Below are positions 18,020 through 28,193 of a stretch of DNA of 60,320 nucleotides, piece by piece. Origin of the DNA: Pseudomonadota bacterium (GTDB lineage: Bacteria > Myxococcota_A > Polyangia > Fen-1088). The DNA is taken from assembly GCA_017881315.1 (NCBI GenBank), contig JADGRB010000003.1:1-60320 (forward strand). Direction: 5' to 3'. The notes under the pieces are model-generated. The model had not been told where the DNA came from. It made no database searches and was given only the letters and a program-made list of their open reading frames with translations. A program made the position numbers and the translations under genes. Every line of letters starts with the position of its first letter. Within the stretch, counting starts at the first letter, position 1.

Positions 18020-18355
18020 ATGGCCATCGGAGTGACAGACAGGGCGATCGCCGAGATCAAGAAGGCCGCCGGACAGCGCACGCCAGTTCCCAAGGGGTTG
18101 CGCGTCGGCATCCGCGGCGGCGGGTGCACGGGCTTCTCCTACCTCTTCGAATGGTCCGACAACGAGCCGCGCGGCGAGGACAAGGTCCTTTCCTTCGAGG
18201 ACGGAAGCGTGCGCGTGTTCGTCGACCCGAAGAGCCTGATCTACCTCGACGGTTCGACGCTGGAATACCAGACCACGATGATGGGGCGCGGGTTCAAGTT
18301 CATCAACCCGAACGCCAAGGGAACCTGCGGTTGCGGCGAGAGCGTCCAGTTTTAA
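18020..18355 (+). CDS. iscA: A-type Fe-S carrier IscA
   Basis: GGGCTGFSY, CGCGESVQF. Confidence 0.95.
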   Translation: MAIGVTDRAIAEIKKAAGQRTPVPKGLRVGIRGGGCTGFSYLFEWSDNEPRGEDKVLSFEDGSVRVFVDPKSLIYLDGSTLEYQTTMMGRGFKFINPNAKGTCGCGESVQF

Positions 18356-18371
18356 GGAGCGGGAGCCGAAC

Positions 18372-19043
18372 GTGATCTGCTGGTCTTGTGAACGCGAAGG
18401 GGGCGGCGGTCCGTTTTGCGGGGCTTGCAAGGCGCTCTTGCCGCCGGACGACGCGGCCGATCACTTCGCGGTGTTGGGTCTGCCGCGCGGGTACGCCTTG
18501 GATTTCCCGGCGGCGGAGGTGGCCTACCAGAAGCTCTCGCGCCAGCTCCATCCGGATCGATTTGCCACCGCGGACCCGCGGGCCCGGCGCGCCTCGCTGG
18601 GGCACACGGTGCAGCTCAACGAGGCGTGGCGCACCTTGAAGGATCCGGTGCGGCGGGCGGAATACCTGCTGGAGCTGGCGGGCGTCGACGTCGCCTCGGA
18701 CGATCAGAAGACCGGCCCGGGGGTCGAGCGCGGAACCCGGAGGTTGGCGGCACCGCCGGCCTTCTTGCTCGACATCCTGGAGGTGCATGACGACCTCGGG
18801 AATGCGCAACGTGCGGGCGACGCCGTCAAGGTCGCGTTCTTGACCGAGGAGATGCGCGGGCGCGCCGGCGAGGCGATGAAGATCATCGCGACGGCGCTCG
18901 ACACAGGATCCACCCAGGTTCCCGACCAGGGCCGTCTCGACGAGGCGGCGCGCGCGCTGATCGCGCTGCGGTACTACCGACGCTTTCTCGACGAAGCGGA
19001 CGCCTACGAAGAACGCGGGGCGGACAGGTCGGGCGGTGGCTGA
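18372..19043 (+). CDS. hscB: Co-chaperone HscB with N-terminal tetracysteine motif
   Basis: CWSC...FCGAC, J-domain [26 protein letters not shown]. Confidence 0.93.
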   Translation: MICWSCEREGGGGPFCGACKALLPPDDAADHFAVLGLPRGYALDFPAAEVAYQKLSRQLHPDRFATADPRARRASLGHTVQLNEAWRTLKDPVRRAEYLLELAGVDVASDDQKTGPGVERGTRRLAAPPAFLLDILEVHDDLGNAQRAGDAVKVAFLTEEMRGRAGEAMKIIATALDTGSTQVPDQGRLDEAARALIALRYYRRFLDEADAYEERGADRSGGG

Positions 19044-21016
19044 TGGCTGAGGCCCTGTTCCAGATCTCCGAGCCGGGGGCATCGCGCGTCAAGCATGCCT
19101 GCCGCACGCGTGCCGTCGGGATCGACCTCGGGACCACGAATTCGCTGGTCGCCATCGTCGACGGCGGACGGCCGATCTGTCTGACCGACGATCGGGACGA
19201 CGTTCTGGTCCCGTCGGTCGTCCACTACGCGGCAGACGGAACGGTGGTGGTGGGGGCCGAGGCGCGCGATCTGGCGTCGAGGTTTCCGCGCGACACCATC
19301 GCGTCGGTCAAGCGCTTCATGGGGCGCGGGCCGGGCGACGCCGAGGCGACCCGTCGGCTCACCCCCTATCTCTTCGCGCCCTCGGGGCCGAACGCGAACG
19401 AAGCGGTGGTCCGCTTCTCGGTCACCGGCGGGACACGCGCGGTGACGCCTCTCGAGGTGTCGGCCGAGATCTTGAAGGCGCTGCGCGCGCGCGCCGAGGC
19501 GGCGCTGGGCGGTCCGCTCGCGGGCGCGGTGATCACGGTCCCCGCCTATTTCGACGACGGGCAGCGGCAGGCCACGCGCGACGCCGGGCGGTTGGCGGGG
19601 ATCGAGGTGCTGCGCCTGCTCAACGAGCCGACGGCGGCCGCGCTGGCCTACGGCCTCGACAAGCAGGCCGAGGGGACCTTCGCCGTGTTCGACCTGGGCG
19701 GCGGGACCTTCGACGTCTCGATCCTGAAGCTTCAAGAGGGCGTCTTCGAGGTCAAGTCCACCGGCGGCGATTCGGCGCTGGGCGGCGACGATTTCGATCG
19801 GGCGATCGCCCACGCGATCATCGGGCGGCTGGGGCTGGGCGGTGAAATCGATCCGGGCACCGTCCGCCGGGTGCTCGATGCGGCGCGCGTGCTCAAGGAG
19901 AAGCTGACGACCGAGAGCGAGGCGGCGATCGAGATCGCGCTTCCCGACGGCGATCGCACCGCCACCATGCGCCTCCACCGCGCCGAGATGGACGCCCTGG
20001 TCGCGCCGGTGCTGGCGCGCTGTGGACCGTCCGTCCGACGCGCGCTCAAGGACGCCGGAGTGGACGCCTCCGCGCTCTCGGGCGTGATTCTGGTCGGCGG
20101 CGCGACCCGCATGCCGCTGGTGCGGCAGTTCGTCGAGAAGCTCTTCGGCAAGCCGCCGCTCGCCGACATCGATCCCGACCAGGTGGTCGCGCTGGGCGCC
20201 GCGGTGCAGGCCGACATCCTGGCGGGCGGCGCGGGGCAGGGCGACGTGCTCTTGCTCGACGTGGTGCCGCTGTCGCTCGGGCTCGAGACGATGGGCGGCG
20301 TCGTCGAGAAGATCATCCACCGCAACACCACCGTGCCCTGCGGCGCGACGCAGACCTTCACCACCTACGCCGACAAGCAGACCGGCTTCGAGCTCAAGGT
20401 CCTGCAGGGCGAGCGCGAGCTGGTCGCGGACTGTCGCCCGCTGGCGGAGTTTTCGCTCAAGGGGATCCCGCCCATGCCGGCCGGGATGGCCCGCCTCGAG
20501 GTGACCTTCACCGTCGACGCCGACGGCATCCTGCGCGTGAAAGCGCGCGAGGAGATCACGGGCCAGGAGGCCACGATCGACGTCAAGCCGAGCTACGGCC
20601 TCACCGACGACGAGGTCGAGCGGATGCTGCTCGATTCGTTCGCGCACGCCGAGGAGGACGTCAAGGCGCGCTTGCTGGCAGAACAGCGGGTGGAGGCCCA
20701 AGGCATCACCTCCGCGGCGCGGCTCGCGATGGCCGACGCGCCGGAGCTGCTCACCGACGCGGACCGCGTCGCGATCGAGGCGGCGCTGGTCGCGCTGGCG
20801 CGGGCCGAGGTGGGCAACGATCACCAGGCCATCCGCGCGGCGGTCGAAGAGGTGGATCACGCATCGAAAGAGTTCGCCGGGCGGCGGATGAACCGCGCGA
20901 TTGGCAGCGGCCTGCGCGGCAAGGACGTCGCCGCGGTCGAGGCGAAGGCAGACGAGACGGCATCCAAGCGCGATCTGGCGACGCGCGCCGGAAGCCACGC
21001 GGGACATTCGCACTAG
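19043..21016 (+). CDS. hscA: Fe-S chaperone HscA
   Basis: FQISEPG N-terminus, [30 protein letters not shown]; isc context. Confidence 0.95.
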   Translation: MAEALFQISEPGASRVKHACRTRAVGIDLGTTNSLVAIVDGGRPICLTDDRDDVLVPSVVHYAADGTVVVGAEARDLASRFPRDTIASVKRFMGRGPGDAEATRRLTPYLFAPSGPNANEAVVRFSVTGGTRAVTPLEVSAEILKALRARAEAALGGPLAGAVITVPAYFDDGQRQATRDAGRLAGIEVLRLLNEPTAAALAYGLDKQAEGTFAVFDLGGGTFDVSILKLQEGVFEVKSTGGDSALGGDDFDRAIAHAIIGRLGLGGEIDPGTVRRVLDAARVLKEKLTTESEAAIEIALPDGDRTATMRLHRAEMDALVAPVLARCGPSVRRALKDAGVDASALSGVILVGGATRMPLVRQFVEKLFGKPPLADIDPDQVVALGAAVQADILAGGAGQGDVLLLDVVPLSLGLETMGGVVEKIIHRNTTVPCGATQTFTTYADKQTGFELKVLQGERELVADCRPLAEFSLKGIPPMPAGMARLEVTFTVDADGILRVKAREEITGQEATIDVKPSYGLTDDEVERMLLDSFAHAEEDVKARLLAEQRVEAQGITSAARLAMADAPELLTDADRVAIEAALVALARAEVGNDHQAIRAAVEEVDHASKEFAGRRMNRAIGSGLRGKDVAAVEAKADETASKRDLATRAGSHAGHSH

Positions 21017-21040
21017 CTCGGACCCGAGAGAAAACCACGA

Positions 21041-21409
21041 ATGCCGAAGGTCAGATTCGAGCCAGACGGGATCGAGATCGAGGTGCCGGTGGGAACCAGC
21101 ATCCTCGAGGCGTCCCAGAAGGCGCACGCGCAGGTCGGCTCCGCCTGTGGGGGCGTCTGCGCCTGTTCGACCTGCCACGTCTACGTCAAGCAGGGGCTCG
21201 AGGTGCTCGAGCCGGCCTCGGACCGCGAAGAGGACATCATGGACAAGGCCTTCGACGTGCAGGCGACCTCGCGCCTCGGCTGCCAGTCCAAGATCCTGCG
21301 CGATGCGACCGTCGTCGTGGAGATCAGCCGCGAGAGCCGCCAGGCCTTCCTCGACGAGCACCCCGACATCCGCGAAGCGCTCAAGCAGGCCGCCGGCGCC
21401 CCGCGCTGA
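21041..21409 (+). CDS. fdx: ISC [2Fe-2S] ferredoxin
   Basis: CGGVCACSTCH...RLGCQ. Confidence 0.93.
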   Translation: MPKVRFEPDGIEIEVPVGTSILEASQKAHAQVGSACGGVCACSTCHVYVKQGLEVLEPASDREEDIMDKAFDVQATSRLGCQSKILRDATVVVEISRESRQAFLDEHPDIREALKQAAGAPR

Positions 21410-21519
21410 TCAGTTCTGCGGCAAGGACCCGCCCGGTAGCTGGCCGATCGACATCTCACAGCTTCCGCCGGGAAGCTGCCGCGACTTCGCGCCGGCGATC
21501 TGAGCTGGCGGGCGATACA

Positions 21520-21548
21520 TTGCCGCACCCGGCGGCGCGAGGTATTAT
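21520..21548 (+). promoter_or_regulatory. sigma70-type promoter of the TA operon, probably leaderless
   Basis: TTGCCG, 17 bp, TATTAT, 6 nt before ATG 21555. Confidence 0.6.
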
Positions 21549-21554
21549 AAAGGT

Positions 21555-21824
21555 ATGAAATCGAATACCAAGTCCAGCATCACGCTGCCTCCAGCGGAGG
21601 TGTTGCTGGTCAACGGCCTGATGAAACGCCTTGGCGCGAGGACCAAGGTCGAGGTCGTCCGGCGTGGGCTCAATCTCCTGAAGGAGACCACAGATCGGAT
21701 CGCGCTGAAGACCGCGTATGCCGAGGCCGCGAAGGCCGTCCGGAAGTCGACTGTCGCCGAGCTGAGCGAGCTGGATTCTTGGTCCGCCGACGGATTGGAC
21801 GATGAAAGTTCAGAGATTCGGTAG
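21555..21824 (+). CDS. Putative RHH-type antitoxin
   Basis: 89 aa, N-terminal strand-helix-helix (SSITL...TKVEVVRRGL), acidic tail DGLDDE, directly upstream of the toxin. Confidence 0.75.
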   Translation: MKSNTKSSITLPPAEVLLVNGLMKRLGARTKVEVVRRGLNLLKETTDRIALKTAYAEAAKAVRKSTVAELSELDSWSADGLDDESSEIR

Positions 21825-22172
21825 ATGGCTCTGCGGATCGATCACGGCGGGCTGTACGCCGCGGCCCTCGACCCCCGTTTTGGAACCGAGCCAGGGAAAG
21901 GCCGTCCAGTGCTGGTGATCCAGACCGATCTTCTGAACGTCGCGGGCCACCCGTCGACCTGGGTCCTGCCCTGCACCACCCGGTTGGTTGGCGAGAATAT
22001 CTTGCGGGTTCGGTTGTTGCCGGGCATCGCGGGCAACGCCCGGGAGTGCGAGGTCATGATCGATCAGAGCCGCGCCATCGACAACCGACGCTTCAAGAAG
22101 AAGTTGGGCGTTCTTCCTGCGCCGCTGCTGCGCGAGGTGAAAGAGAAACTCCGTGGGCTCGGGGAGCTCTAA
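21825..22172 (+). CDS. PemK/MazF family toxin
   Basis: LDPRFGTEPGKGRPVLVIQ, LPCTT, IDQSRAIDNRRF. Confidence 0.92.
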   Translation: MALRIDHGGLYAAALDPRFGTEPGKGRPVLVIQTDLLNVAGHPSTWVLPCTTRLVGENILRVRLLPGIAGNARECEVMIDQSRAIDNRRFKKKLGVLPAPLLREVKEKLRGLGEL

Positions 22173-22224
22173 GCCGTCGCTACTTTCCGCCGGCGCCATC
22201 CGCCGGCCCACCCGCTCCTGACGG

Positions 22225-22995
22225 TCACCCGGGAACCTTCTTCGCTCGCCGTCGCTCCACCAGGTCTCGCGCGGCGTCTGGCCACTTCGGGAAGTCAAAG
22301 GCGAAGCCGGCCTCGACGAGGCGCGCCGGTACGACCCGTCGGCTCTTCGCCGTGAGCTCGGTGTCGGTTCTCAGAAAGAAGGCGCCGATCTCCGCCATCC
22401 ATTTCGTCGCGGGCAGTCCCAGGCGTGCCCCCGTCGCTGTCCGGAGTCCTGCCATGAAGTCTCGCTGGGGGACCGGATTTGGCGCGGCGAGGTTCACCGG
22501 GCCGTCGATGTCGTCGCGCTCGATCAGAAACTCGACCGCTCGAGCAAAGTCGCGAATGTCGATGCTGAGCTTCCAGGTGGCCGGCACATCCGGTTCGTCG
22601 CCGCCGATGCGACCGGTCAGCTCGTCGTTCGGCGCATCGAAGCGATGGGCATAGATCGTCGCGGTGCTCATCTGCAGCCAGACGCGAGGGGGTCGCTCTG
22701 CCTTTTCGATAGCGAGGCCCACCGCTCGGGTCGAGTCCACGCGAGAGCTCATCATCGCGGCGAGATTCGCGGCGGTGTAGCGGCAGTTCACGCTGCGCCC
22801 GGCGAGATTGATGACGACATCTGCCCCGTCGAGCTCTTGGGCCCATGGCCCCACCGAGCGGCCATCCCACTTCACGGTTCGCCCGTCGACCGAGCCGCCT
22901 CTGCTGACCACAACGACCTCGTCCCCGCGCGCTCGAAGCGCTCTGGCGAGAACGCCGCCGACCTGACCGGTGCCACCGGGGATCACGATTTTCAT
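22225..22995 (-). pseudogene. TIGR01777/YfcH-like NAD-dependent epimerase with an in-frame internal deletion
   Basis: PGGTGQVG, INLAGRSVNCRY, QMSTATIY and NLAAPNP present; SIDI is joined directly to RDFARAV, removing the expected central segment. ORF still open at 256 aa. Confidence 0.6.
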
Positions 22996-23042
22996 GGGTC
23001 CACGCTCCCGAGTGCTGCTTCTGCCGGCCGCGGCGGCCGCGA

Positions 23043-23330
23043 CTACAGTCTCGGCGCCTGGGGCGGCTTACGGCGTCGCAAGAGCTTGGCGAGGAGGATG
23101 ACCGTGCCGATCGTGAGTAGCGCGGTAATGCCCGGCCCGGCGATGTTGGTGCCGTAGCCGCCGCCAGCCCCTCGCCGTGGCCAAGGCTGCGTCTGCCAAG
23201 AGGACACCACGAAGATCACGGCCGCCGAGATGAAGATGATCCACAGCGAGCCTCGGGTGTGGTCCTTGTCCTCGTGCAGATACTTCTTGAGCCTGTCCTT
23301 CTCCCAATCGCTCAAAGGGTGGTCGTCCAT
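23043..23330 (-). CDS. Small two-TM membrane protein
   Basis: 95 aa MDDHPLSDWEK..., two hydrophobic segments, TATCAT 8 nt upstream. Confidence 0.6.
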   Translation of the reverse strand: MDDHPLSDWEKDRLKKYLHEDKDHTRGSLWIIFISAAVIFVVSSWQTQPWPRRGAGGGYGTNIAGPGITALLTIGTVILLAKLLRRRKPPQAPRL

Positions 23331-23372
23331 CGCGGCCGATGATACCAGCCGCCTATCGTCTATGATCGCGCC

Positions 23373-24113
23373 GTGCGGTTCGACGTATTGCTCGCGCGGA
23401 ACACCGGGTGGTCGCGCACCGCTGCGCGGGCCGCGATGGCCGCCGGCCGCGTTCGCATCGCGGGCGCCGCCGTCGACAACCCTCGGCTCGACGTTCCGAC
23501 GGGCGATTTGCCTCTCGCGGTCGAGGTCGACGAGGTCGCTCATCTCCTCTACGAAAGCGCGCGCATCCTGCAAAACAAGCCGGTGGGCTGCGTGACCGCG
23601 TTGCGGGATGATCGGTATCCGACGGCGTACGACCTCCTTCGCGATGCGCCGCTGTGGGGCGAGTTGCGGGCCGCGGGTCGACTCGATCTCGACAGCTCGG
23701 GACTTCTCATCTGGACCACCGACGGCGCGGAGATCCAGCGGCTCACGCACCCGAAGCGCGCGGTACCGCGGACCTACCAGGCGGCGCTGGCGGGACCGTT
23801 CAACGCTCTGCCTTCGAAGCTGGTGCTGGAGGATGGTCACGAGCCACAGGTGATTGCCCTCGAAACGCTCGCGGCGAGCGACGCCCATCCCAGCTTGAAG
23901 ATCCCCACCGAGAGCACCGCTCTCGCGGCGATCACCGTGGTGGGCGGCGCCTACCACGAAGTGCGCCGCATCTTCGCCGCGCTCGGCAGCCACGTGCTGG
24001 GCCTTTGCCGGGTTCGGTTCGGCGAGCTCGAGCTTCCACGCGATCTCTCGCCGGGCGGGTACCGCCTGCTTCCAGACGCACGCGCTGGAGTTGCCGACGG
24101 GGATCGCGCGTGA
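23373..24113 (+). CDS. RsuA family pseudouridine synthase
   Basis: S4-like N-terminus, NKPVGCV, GRLDLDSSGLL, GAYHEVRRIF. Confidence 0.9.
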   Translation: MRFDVLLARNTGWSRTAARAAMAAGRVRIAGAAVDNPRLDVPTGDLPLAVEVDEVAHLLYESARILQNKPVGCVTALRDDRYPTAYDLLRDAPLWGELRAAGRLDLDSSGLLIWTTDGAEIQRLTHPKRAVPRTYQAALAGPFNALPSKLVLEDGHEPQVIALETLAASDAHPSLKIPTESTALAAITVVGGAYHEVRRIFAALGSHVLGLCRVRFGELELPRDLSPGGYRLLPDARAGVADGDRA

Positions 24114-24601
24114 CGCCAGACCTGCACGTCGTCCTGGTCGAGCCCGAGATCCACTGGAACACGGGCAACGCGGGCCGCACCTGTCTGGCGGTGGGCGCGC
24201 AGCTCCACCTGATCCGTCCGCTCGGGTTTTCGCTGGACGAAAAAGAGGTGCGCCGCGCCGGGCTCGACTACTGGCCGCGCGTGCGCCCGGAGGTCTGGGC
24301 CGACTGGCCATCGTTCGCCCGCGCGCTGCCGTCGCTGGGGACGCCGCTGTTTTTCACGACCCGTGCCGAGCGGTCGTTCCAAGAGGTGGTCTACCAGCGA
24401 CCGGCGGTGCTGGTCTTCGGCCGGGAGAGCGTCGGCCTGCCGGCGGAGATCCTCGAACGCCACGCCGCGGAGACCGTGGCGATCCCGATGCTCGACGTCG
24501 AGCTCCGCTCGCTCAATCTCTCGACCTCGGTGGCGCTCGCCGCCTACGAAGCGCGCCGCCAATGGGGCTGGCCAGCCCACCATCGGACGGCAGACAGATA
24601 G
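24110..24601 (+). CDS. trmL: tRNA (cytidine/uridine-34) 2'-O-methyltransferase TrmL
   Basis: PEIHWNTGN, LIRPLGFSL, RRAGLDYW, FGRESVGLP, RSLNLS; GTGA overlap with the upstream gene. Confidence 0.93.
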   Translation: MTPDLHVVLVEPEIHWNTGNAGRTCLAVGAQLHLIRPLGFSLDEKEVRRAGLDYWPRVRPEVWADWPSFARALPSLGTPLFFTTRAERSFQEVVYQRPAVLVFGRESVGLPAEILERHAAETVAIPMLDVELRSLNLSTSVALAAYEARRQWGWPAHHRTADR

Positions 24602-24615
24602 GAGACGGCCAGAAT

Positions 24616-25530
24616 CTATGCCGCTGCGTCGAGCGAGCGCTCGATCGTCGGGCGGCGGACCTCGGTGGCCAGGCCCAGGCGCTCGAGCAGCAGGATCGTG
24701 TACCAACCGACGTCGAGCTGACCCGGCGTCGCGCCGAGACGCGCGGAGCCCGGGCGATCGTGGTGGTTGCGGTGCCAGTTCTCGCCCTGGAAGAAGTGCA
24801 TCAGCGACAGCCAGCGCACGTTCTGCGCGGTCTCTTCGTCGGGCCGAGCGCCCGGCCGCATGTGGCAGATGCTGTTCACGAAGCACTGCGCGTGCAGCGC
24901 GAAGACCAGGCGAATCGGCCCCAGCCAGAAGAACGCGGCCAGCCCGAACGGCAGCCCGATGCAGAGCCCCAGCAGAGAGACGGGCGTCTGCAGGCGCGAC
25001 CAGAAGCGATAGGCGGGCGTATCGATGTCGCGGCAGTACTTGCGGATCGGCGGCGCGCCCGCTTGCCACAGCCAGCGGAGATGCGACCACCAGAAGCCGC
25101 CCACCCGCGGGCTCGAGATGTCCTCGGGCGTGTCGGACTTGGCGTGATGGAGTCGGTGGTGCGCCGCCCAGGAGAGCGGCTCGCCGGATCCGTTCAGCAT
25201 CGCAAAGAACGTCAGGACGTTGCGCACGGCCGGGTGGAGTCGCACCGACTTGTGCGTGATGGCGCGGTGGTAGCAGACCGTGGTGCCGAGGCCGCCCAGG
25301 AAGTGCAGCGCCGCCGCCGCCAAGAAGACGCGCCACCCGGGAATCGGGGTCAGGACCAGGCCGACCACCGCGCCCACGTGAATCAGGATCATCCAAACAA
25401 AGGTCAGGCGATCGCTGGGCGCGGGACGCCACCAGGGCATCTTCCAGGGGGCCCACTCGGCCCCGTGGATGGGGTCGAGCTTCGGGAGTGGCGGGAGTGT
25501 CGGGAGTGTTGGGAGTGTCGATGCGCTCAT
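24616..25530 (-). CDS. Membrane fatty acid desaturase (delta-9-like)
   Basis: His boxes [22 protein letters not shown]; VNSICH. Confidence 0.92.
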   Translation of the reverse strand: MSASTLPTLPTLPPLPKLDPIHGAEWAPWKMPWWRPAPSDRLTFVWMILIHVGAVVGLVLTPIPGWRVFLAAAALHFLGGLGTTVCYHRAITHKSVRLHPAVRNVLTFFAMLNGSGEPLSWAAHHRLHHAKSDTPEDISSPRVGGFWWSHLRWLWQAGAPPIRKYCRDIDTPAYRFWSRLQTPVSLLGLCIGLPFGLAAFFWLGPIRLVFALHAQCFVNSICHMRPGARPDEETAQNVRWLSLMHFFQGENWHRNHHDRPGSARLGATPGQLDVGWYTILLLERLGLATEVRRPTIERSLDAAA

Positions 25531-26507
25531 TCGGTCACCATCTCGATTGGGGCTGCCCGCATTCCGACGGCGCGCAGCAGGCTCTGGTCCGCTTCTACGT
25601 CCGGATTGCCGGTCGTGAGCAGCTTCTCGCCGTAGAAGATCGAGTTCGCGCCGGCCAGGAAGCAGAGGACCTGCGACTCGCGCGAGAGCGCCAGGCGGCC
25701 GGCCGAGAGCCGCACCCGCGCTTTGGGGATCAAAATTCGCGCCGTCGCGATCATCCGGACCAGCTCCAGCGGATCGACGGGCGCGCGATCGCCGAGCGGC
25801 GTCCCCGGCATCGGCGCCAGCGCGTTGACGGGCACGCTCTCGGGCTGCGGGTCGAGGTTGGCGAGCGTCGCCAGCATCGCGCAGCGATCGTCGATCGATT
25901 CGCCCATGCCGATGATCCCGCCGGAACAGACGGTGATGCCGGCCTTGCGGACCACCTCCAGCGTGCGCAGCCGATCGTCGTAGGTGCGGGTAGAGATGAC
26001 CGACCCGTAAAATGATCTCGAGGTGTCCAGGTTATGGTTGTAGGCGGTCAGGCCCGCATCGGCCAGCTTCTTCGCCTGCGGTTCGGACAGCATGCCCAGC
26101 GTGCAACAGGCCTCCATGCCGAGCGCCCGCACGCCGCGCACCATCTCGAGGACCTCGTCGAACGCCGGTCCATCCTTCACCTCGCGCCAGGCCGCGCCCA
26201 TGCAGAAGCGCGTGGCTCCGGCAGCCTTGGCCCGTCCGGCGGCCTCCAGGACCTCCGGCGTCTTCATCATCCGCTGCTTTTCGAGACCGGTGTCGTAGCG
26301 CGACGACTGAGAACAGTAGGCGCAATCCTCCGGACAGCCGCCGGTCTTGACGGAGAGCAGCGAGCAGAGCTGCACGTCGTGAGGCGGGTGATGCTCGCGG
26401 TGCACGAGCTGCGCCCTCAACACCAGGTCCGGGATCGGCAAATCGTGAATCGACCGAACCTCTGCCAGCGTAATGTCGTGCCGAGACAAGGGAGCGTCTT
26501 CTATCAC
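25527..26507 (-). CDS. bioB: Biotin synthase
   Basis: [59 protein letters not shown]. Confidence 0.97.
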   Translation of the reverse strand: MIEDAPLSRHDITLAEVRSIHDLPIPDLVLRAQLVHREHHPPHDVQLCSLLSVKTGGCPEDCAYCSQSSRYDTGLEKQRMMKTPEVLEAAGRAKAAGATRFCMGAAWREVKDGPAFDEVLEMVRGVRALGMEACCTLGMLSEPQAKKLADAGLTAYNHNLDTSRSFYGSVISTRTYDDRLRTLEVVRKAGITVCSGGIIGMGESIDDRCAMLATLANLDPQPESVPVNALAPMPGTPLGDRAPVDPLELVRMIATARILIPKARVRLSAGRLALSRESQVLCFLAGANSIFYGEKLLTTGNPDVEADQSLLRAVGMRAAPIEMVTE

Positions 26508-26539
26508 GTTTCTAGAGCTTCACGGCCGAATTCACGGAG

Positions 26540-27571
26540 CTAGTTTACGCGCCGCAAGATGATCAGCACCCGCACCGTCAACCAGCGGGCGGGCTCGCGT
26601 TCCTTGGCGGCTGTCCCCGCCGCTTTGGCGGCGGCCTCCGGACGGGCCGGCGAGCCTGGATACCAGAGGCCGTCGGCATTCTGACGCCCGCGGACATAGG
26701 CCTCGGCGGTGCGAACCCCCGAGTTCTCCTTGCCGAGGCCGACCGCCGTCACGCCGTCGAGCGCGTCGAGCACGTCGGTCCAGAACCGCGGCTCGCCGAT
26801 CTGTTCCCAGTAGCTCGGCGCCTTGCGATCGGGATAGCGGTCGGGTTGGAGGAACCGAGTCGCCAGCAGCTCGGCGGCGCGGCGGGCTTCGCGCGAGGTG
26901 CGGCGGGACGGCGATGAGGCGAACGCGCGCAGCGCCATGCCGGTGACCAGGTGGCTCGACGGGCGGGCGGCCGAGTCGGTCCGGACGCCGCGCCAGGCCC
27001 AGCCGCCGTCCGCCTGGCGGTTGGCGAGCAGAAATTTGAAGCCGCGCTCGATGCGGGCGTCGGTGTCGAATCCCGCGCGGCAGAGCGCCGCCAGCGCCCA
27101 TCCCTGGAAATGGAGCGCCACCGCGCGGCTGCGCGACTCGGGCGTCTCGCCGAGCGCCAGGGCCCCGATTCCGCCATCGGGCGCTTGGGACGCGAGCAGC
27201 ATCTCGGCGGTTTGCGCGACGGGTGCCTCCGACGGCCCGAGGCCGAAGTCTGCCATGCGCTCGAGCGCGCGGATGGCGGCCACCGCCCGCGAAAAGCGGG
27301 CCGGGCCCAGCGTTTTTTCAGGTGGCTTGGCCGGAAAAGCCCCGCTTTTGTCCTGCTTGCGCAGGAAGGCTTTGACCTCGGGATAGGTGAGAACCTCGTC
27401 GGCGCCGGGCGCTTCGTCGTCGTCGATCAGATCGCGCCGAACGCGCGCGACGAGCGCGCGGCTCCCTTCGCGCAGCAGGATCGGCACTGGATCTCGCCCG
27501 AGGCGCGCGCGCCAACCCGACGGAAACCGGGGCGAGGCCCCCGGCGGCGCGACGGGTGTCAGGCGGTTCAT
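26540..27571 (-). CDS. Prenyltransferase / terpene-cyclase repeat (alpha/alpha barrel) protein
   Basis: QW-like repeats QDKSGAF, QAPDGG, QADGGW, QNADGLW. Confidence 0.65.
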   Translation of the reverse strand: MNRLTPVAPPGASPRFPSGWRARLGRDPVPILLREGSRALVARVRRDLIDDDEAPGADEVLTYPEVKAFLRKQDKSGAFPAKPPEKTLGPARFSRAVAAIRALERMADFGLGPSEAPVAQTAEMLLASQAPDGGIGALALGETPESRSRAVALHFQGWALAALCRAGFDTDARIERGFKFLLANRQADGGWAWRGVRTDSAARPSSHLVTGMALRAFASSPSRRTSREARRAAELLATRFLQPDRYPDRKAPSYWEQIGEPRFWTDVLDALDGVTAVGLGKENSGVRTAEAYVRGRQNADGLWYPGSPARPEAAAKAAGTAAKEREPARWLTVRVLIILRRVN

Positions 27572-27737
27572 GTCCCGGCAAGGGTATCGCAAAAACCCGA
27601 CGCGCGAGCGCGGCAGAGAAGTTTTTCGAGGAATTTCCCTCGCGACCACGCCCGTTTGGCCACCGGGGGCGTGCTCTCCGTTGCAAGCTGGCAGCTTCCA
27701 AGTAACACTCTACCGACTTTCAGGCCCCCGAGAGCGG

Positions 27738-28193
27738 ATGAGCTTCCCCGAACGTCCCACAAAGCAGCAGGCTTTCTTGGCGCTCTTGAAAAGAGGGTGG
27801 ACGTCTTTGCATTTGGACGCGCGCCAGACCGGTGTGGTCGTTCCACAGTCGTTTCGCGCGGAGCCGCACCTGGTCCTGCAATATGGCTACGACCTGCCGA
27901 TCCTGATCCCCGACCTCGAGGTCGACGATCGGGGCGTGCGCGCGACGTTGTCTTTTTCGCGCAGCGCGCAGACGACGGTGGTGCCTTGGTCCGCGGTGTA
28001 CGTCATCTCCTGTATCGACGGGGCCGAGGTGCGGTACACCGAGGACATTCCCGAGGACATCCTGATTGCCGAGCCGCCGGTCCGACGTCTTCAATCGGTT
28101 CCCGCCCACCCCGAAGCCGAGCTGGCCGAGCCTCTGCCCGAGTCGCTGGCCATTCGCCGCCGCCGCCGCCCGCAGCTCCGCCTGGTCAAATAG
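27738..28193 (+). CDS. sspB: ClpXP adaptor, SspB family
   Basis: HLDAR..GVVVP, ATLSFS, VVPWSAVY, C-terminal LRLVK resembling the ClpX-binding tail. Confidence 0.82.
   Translation: MSFPERPTKQQAFLALLKRGWTSLHLDARQTGVVVPQSFRAEPHLVLQYGYDLPILIPDLEVDDRGVRATLSFSRSAQTTVVPWSAVYVISCIDGAEVRYTEDIPEDILIAEPPVRRLQSVPAHPEAELAEPLPESLAIRRRRRPQLRLVK

Noticed and set aside
16256-21361. Long minus-strand ORFs (724 aa, 785 aa) opposite the isc genes
   Set aside because: Typical stop-poor antisense frames of high-GC genes, including the well-known antisense frame of Hsp70-family genes.
24616-27571. Terpene or secondary-metabolite cluster (cyclase-like + radical SAM + desaturase)
   Set aside because: The radical SAM protein has all canonical BioB motifs, and the barrel protein lacks a DxDD cyclase motif.
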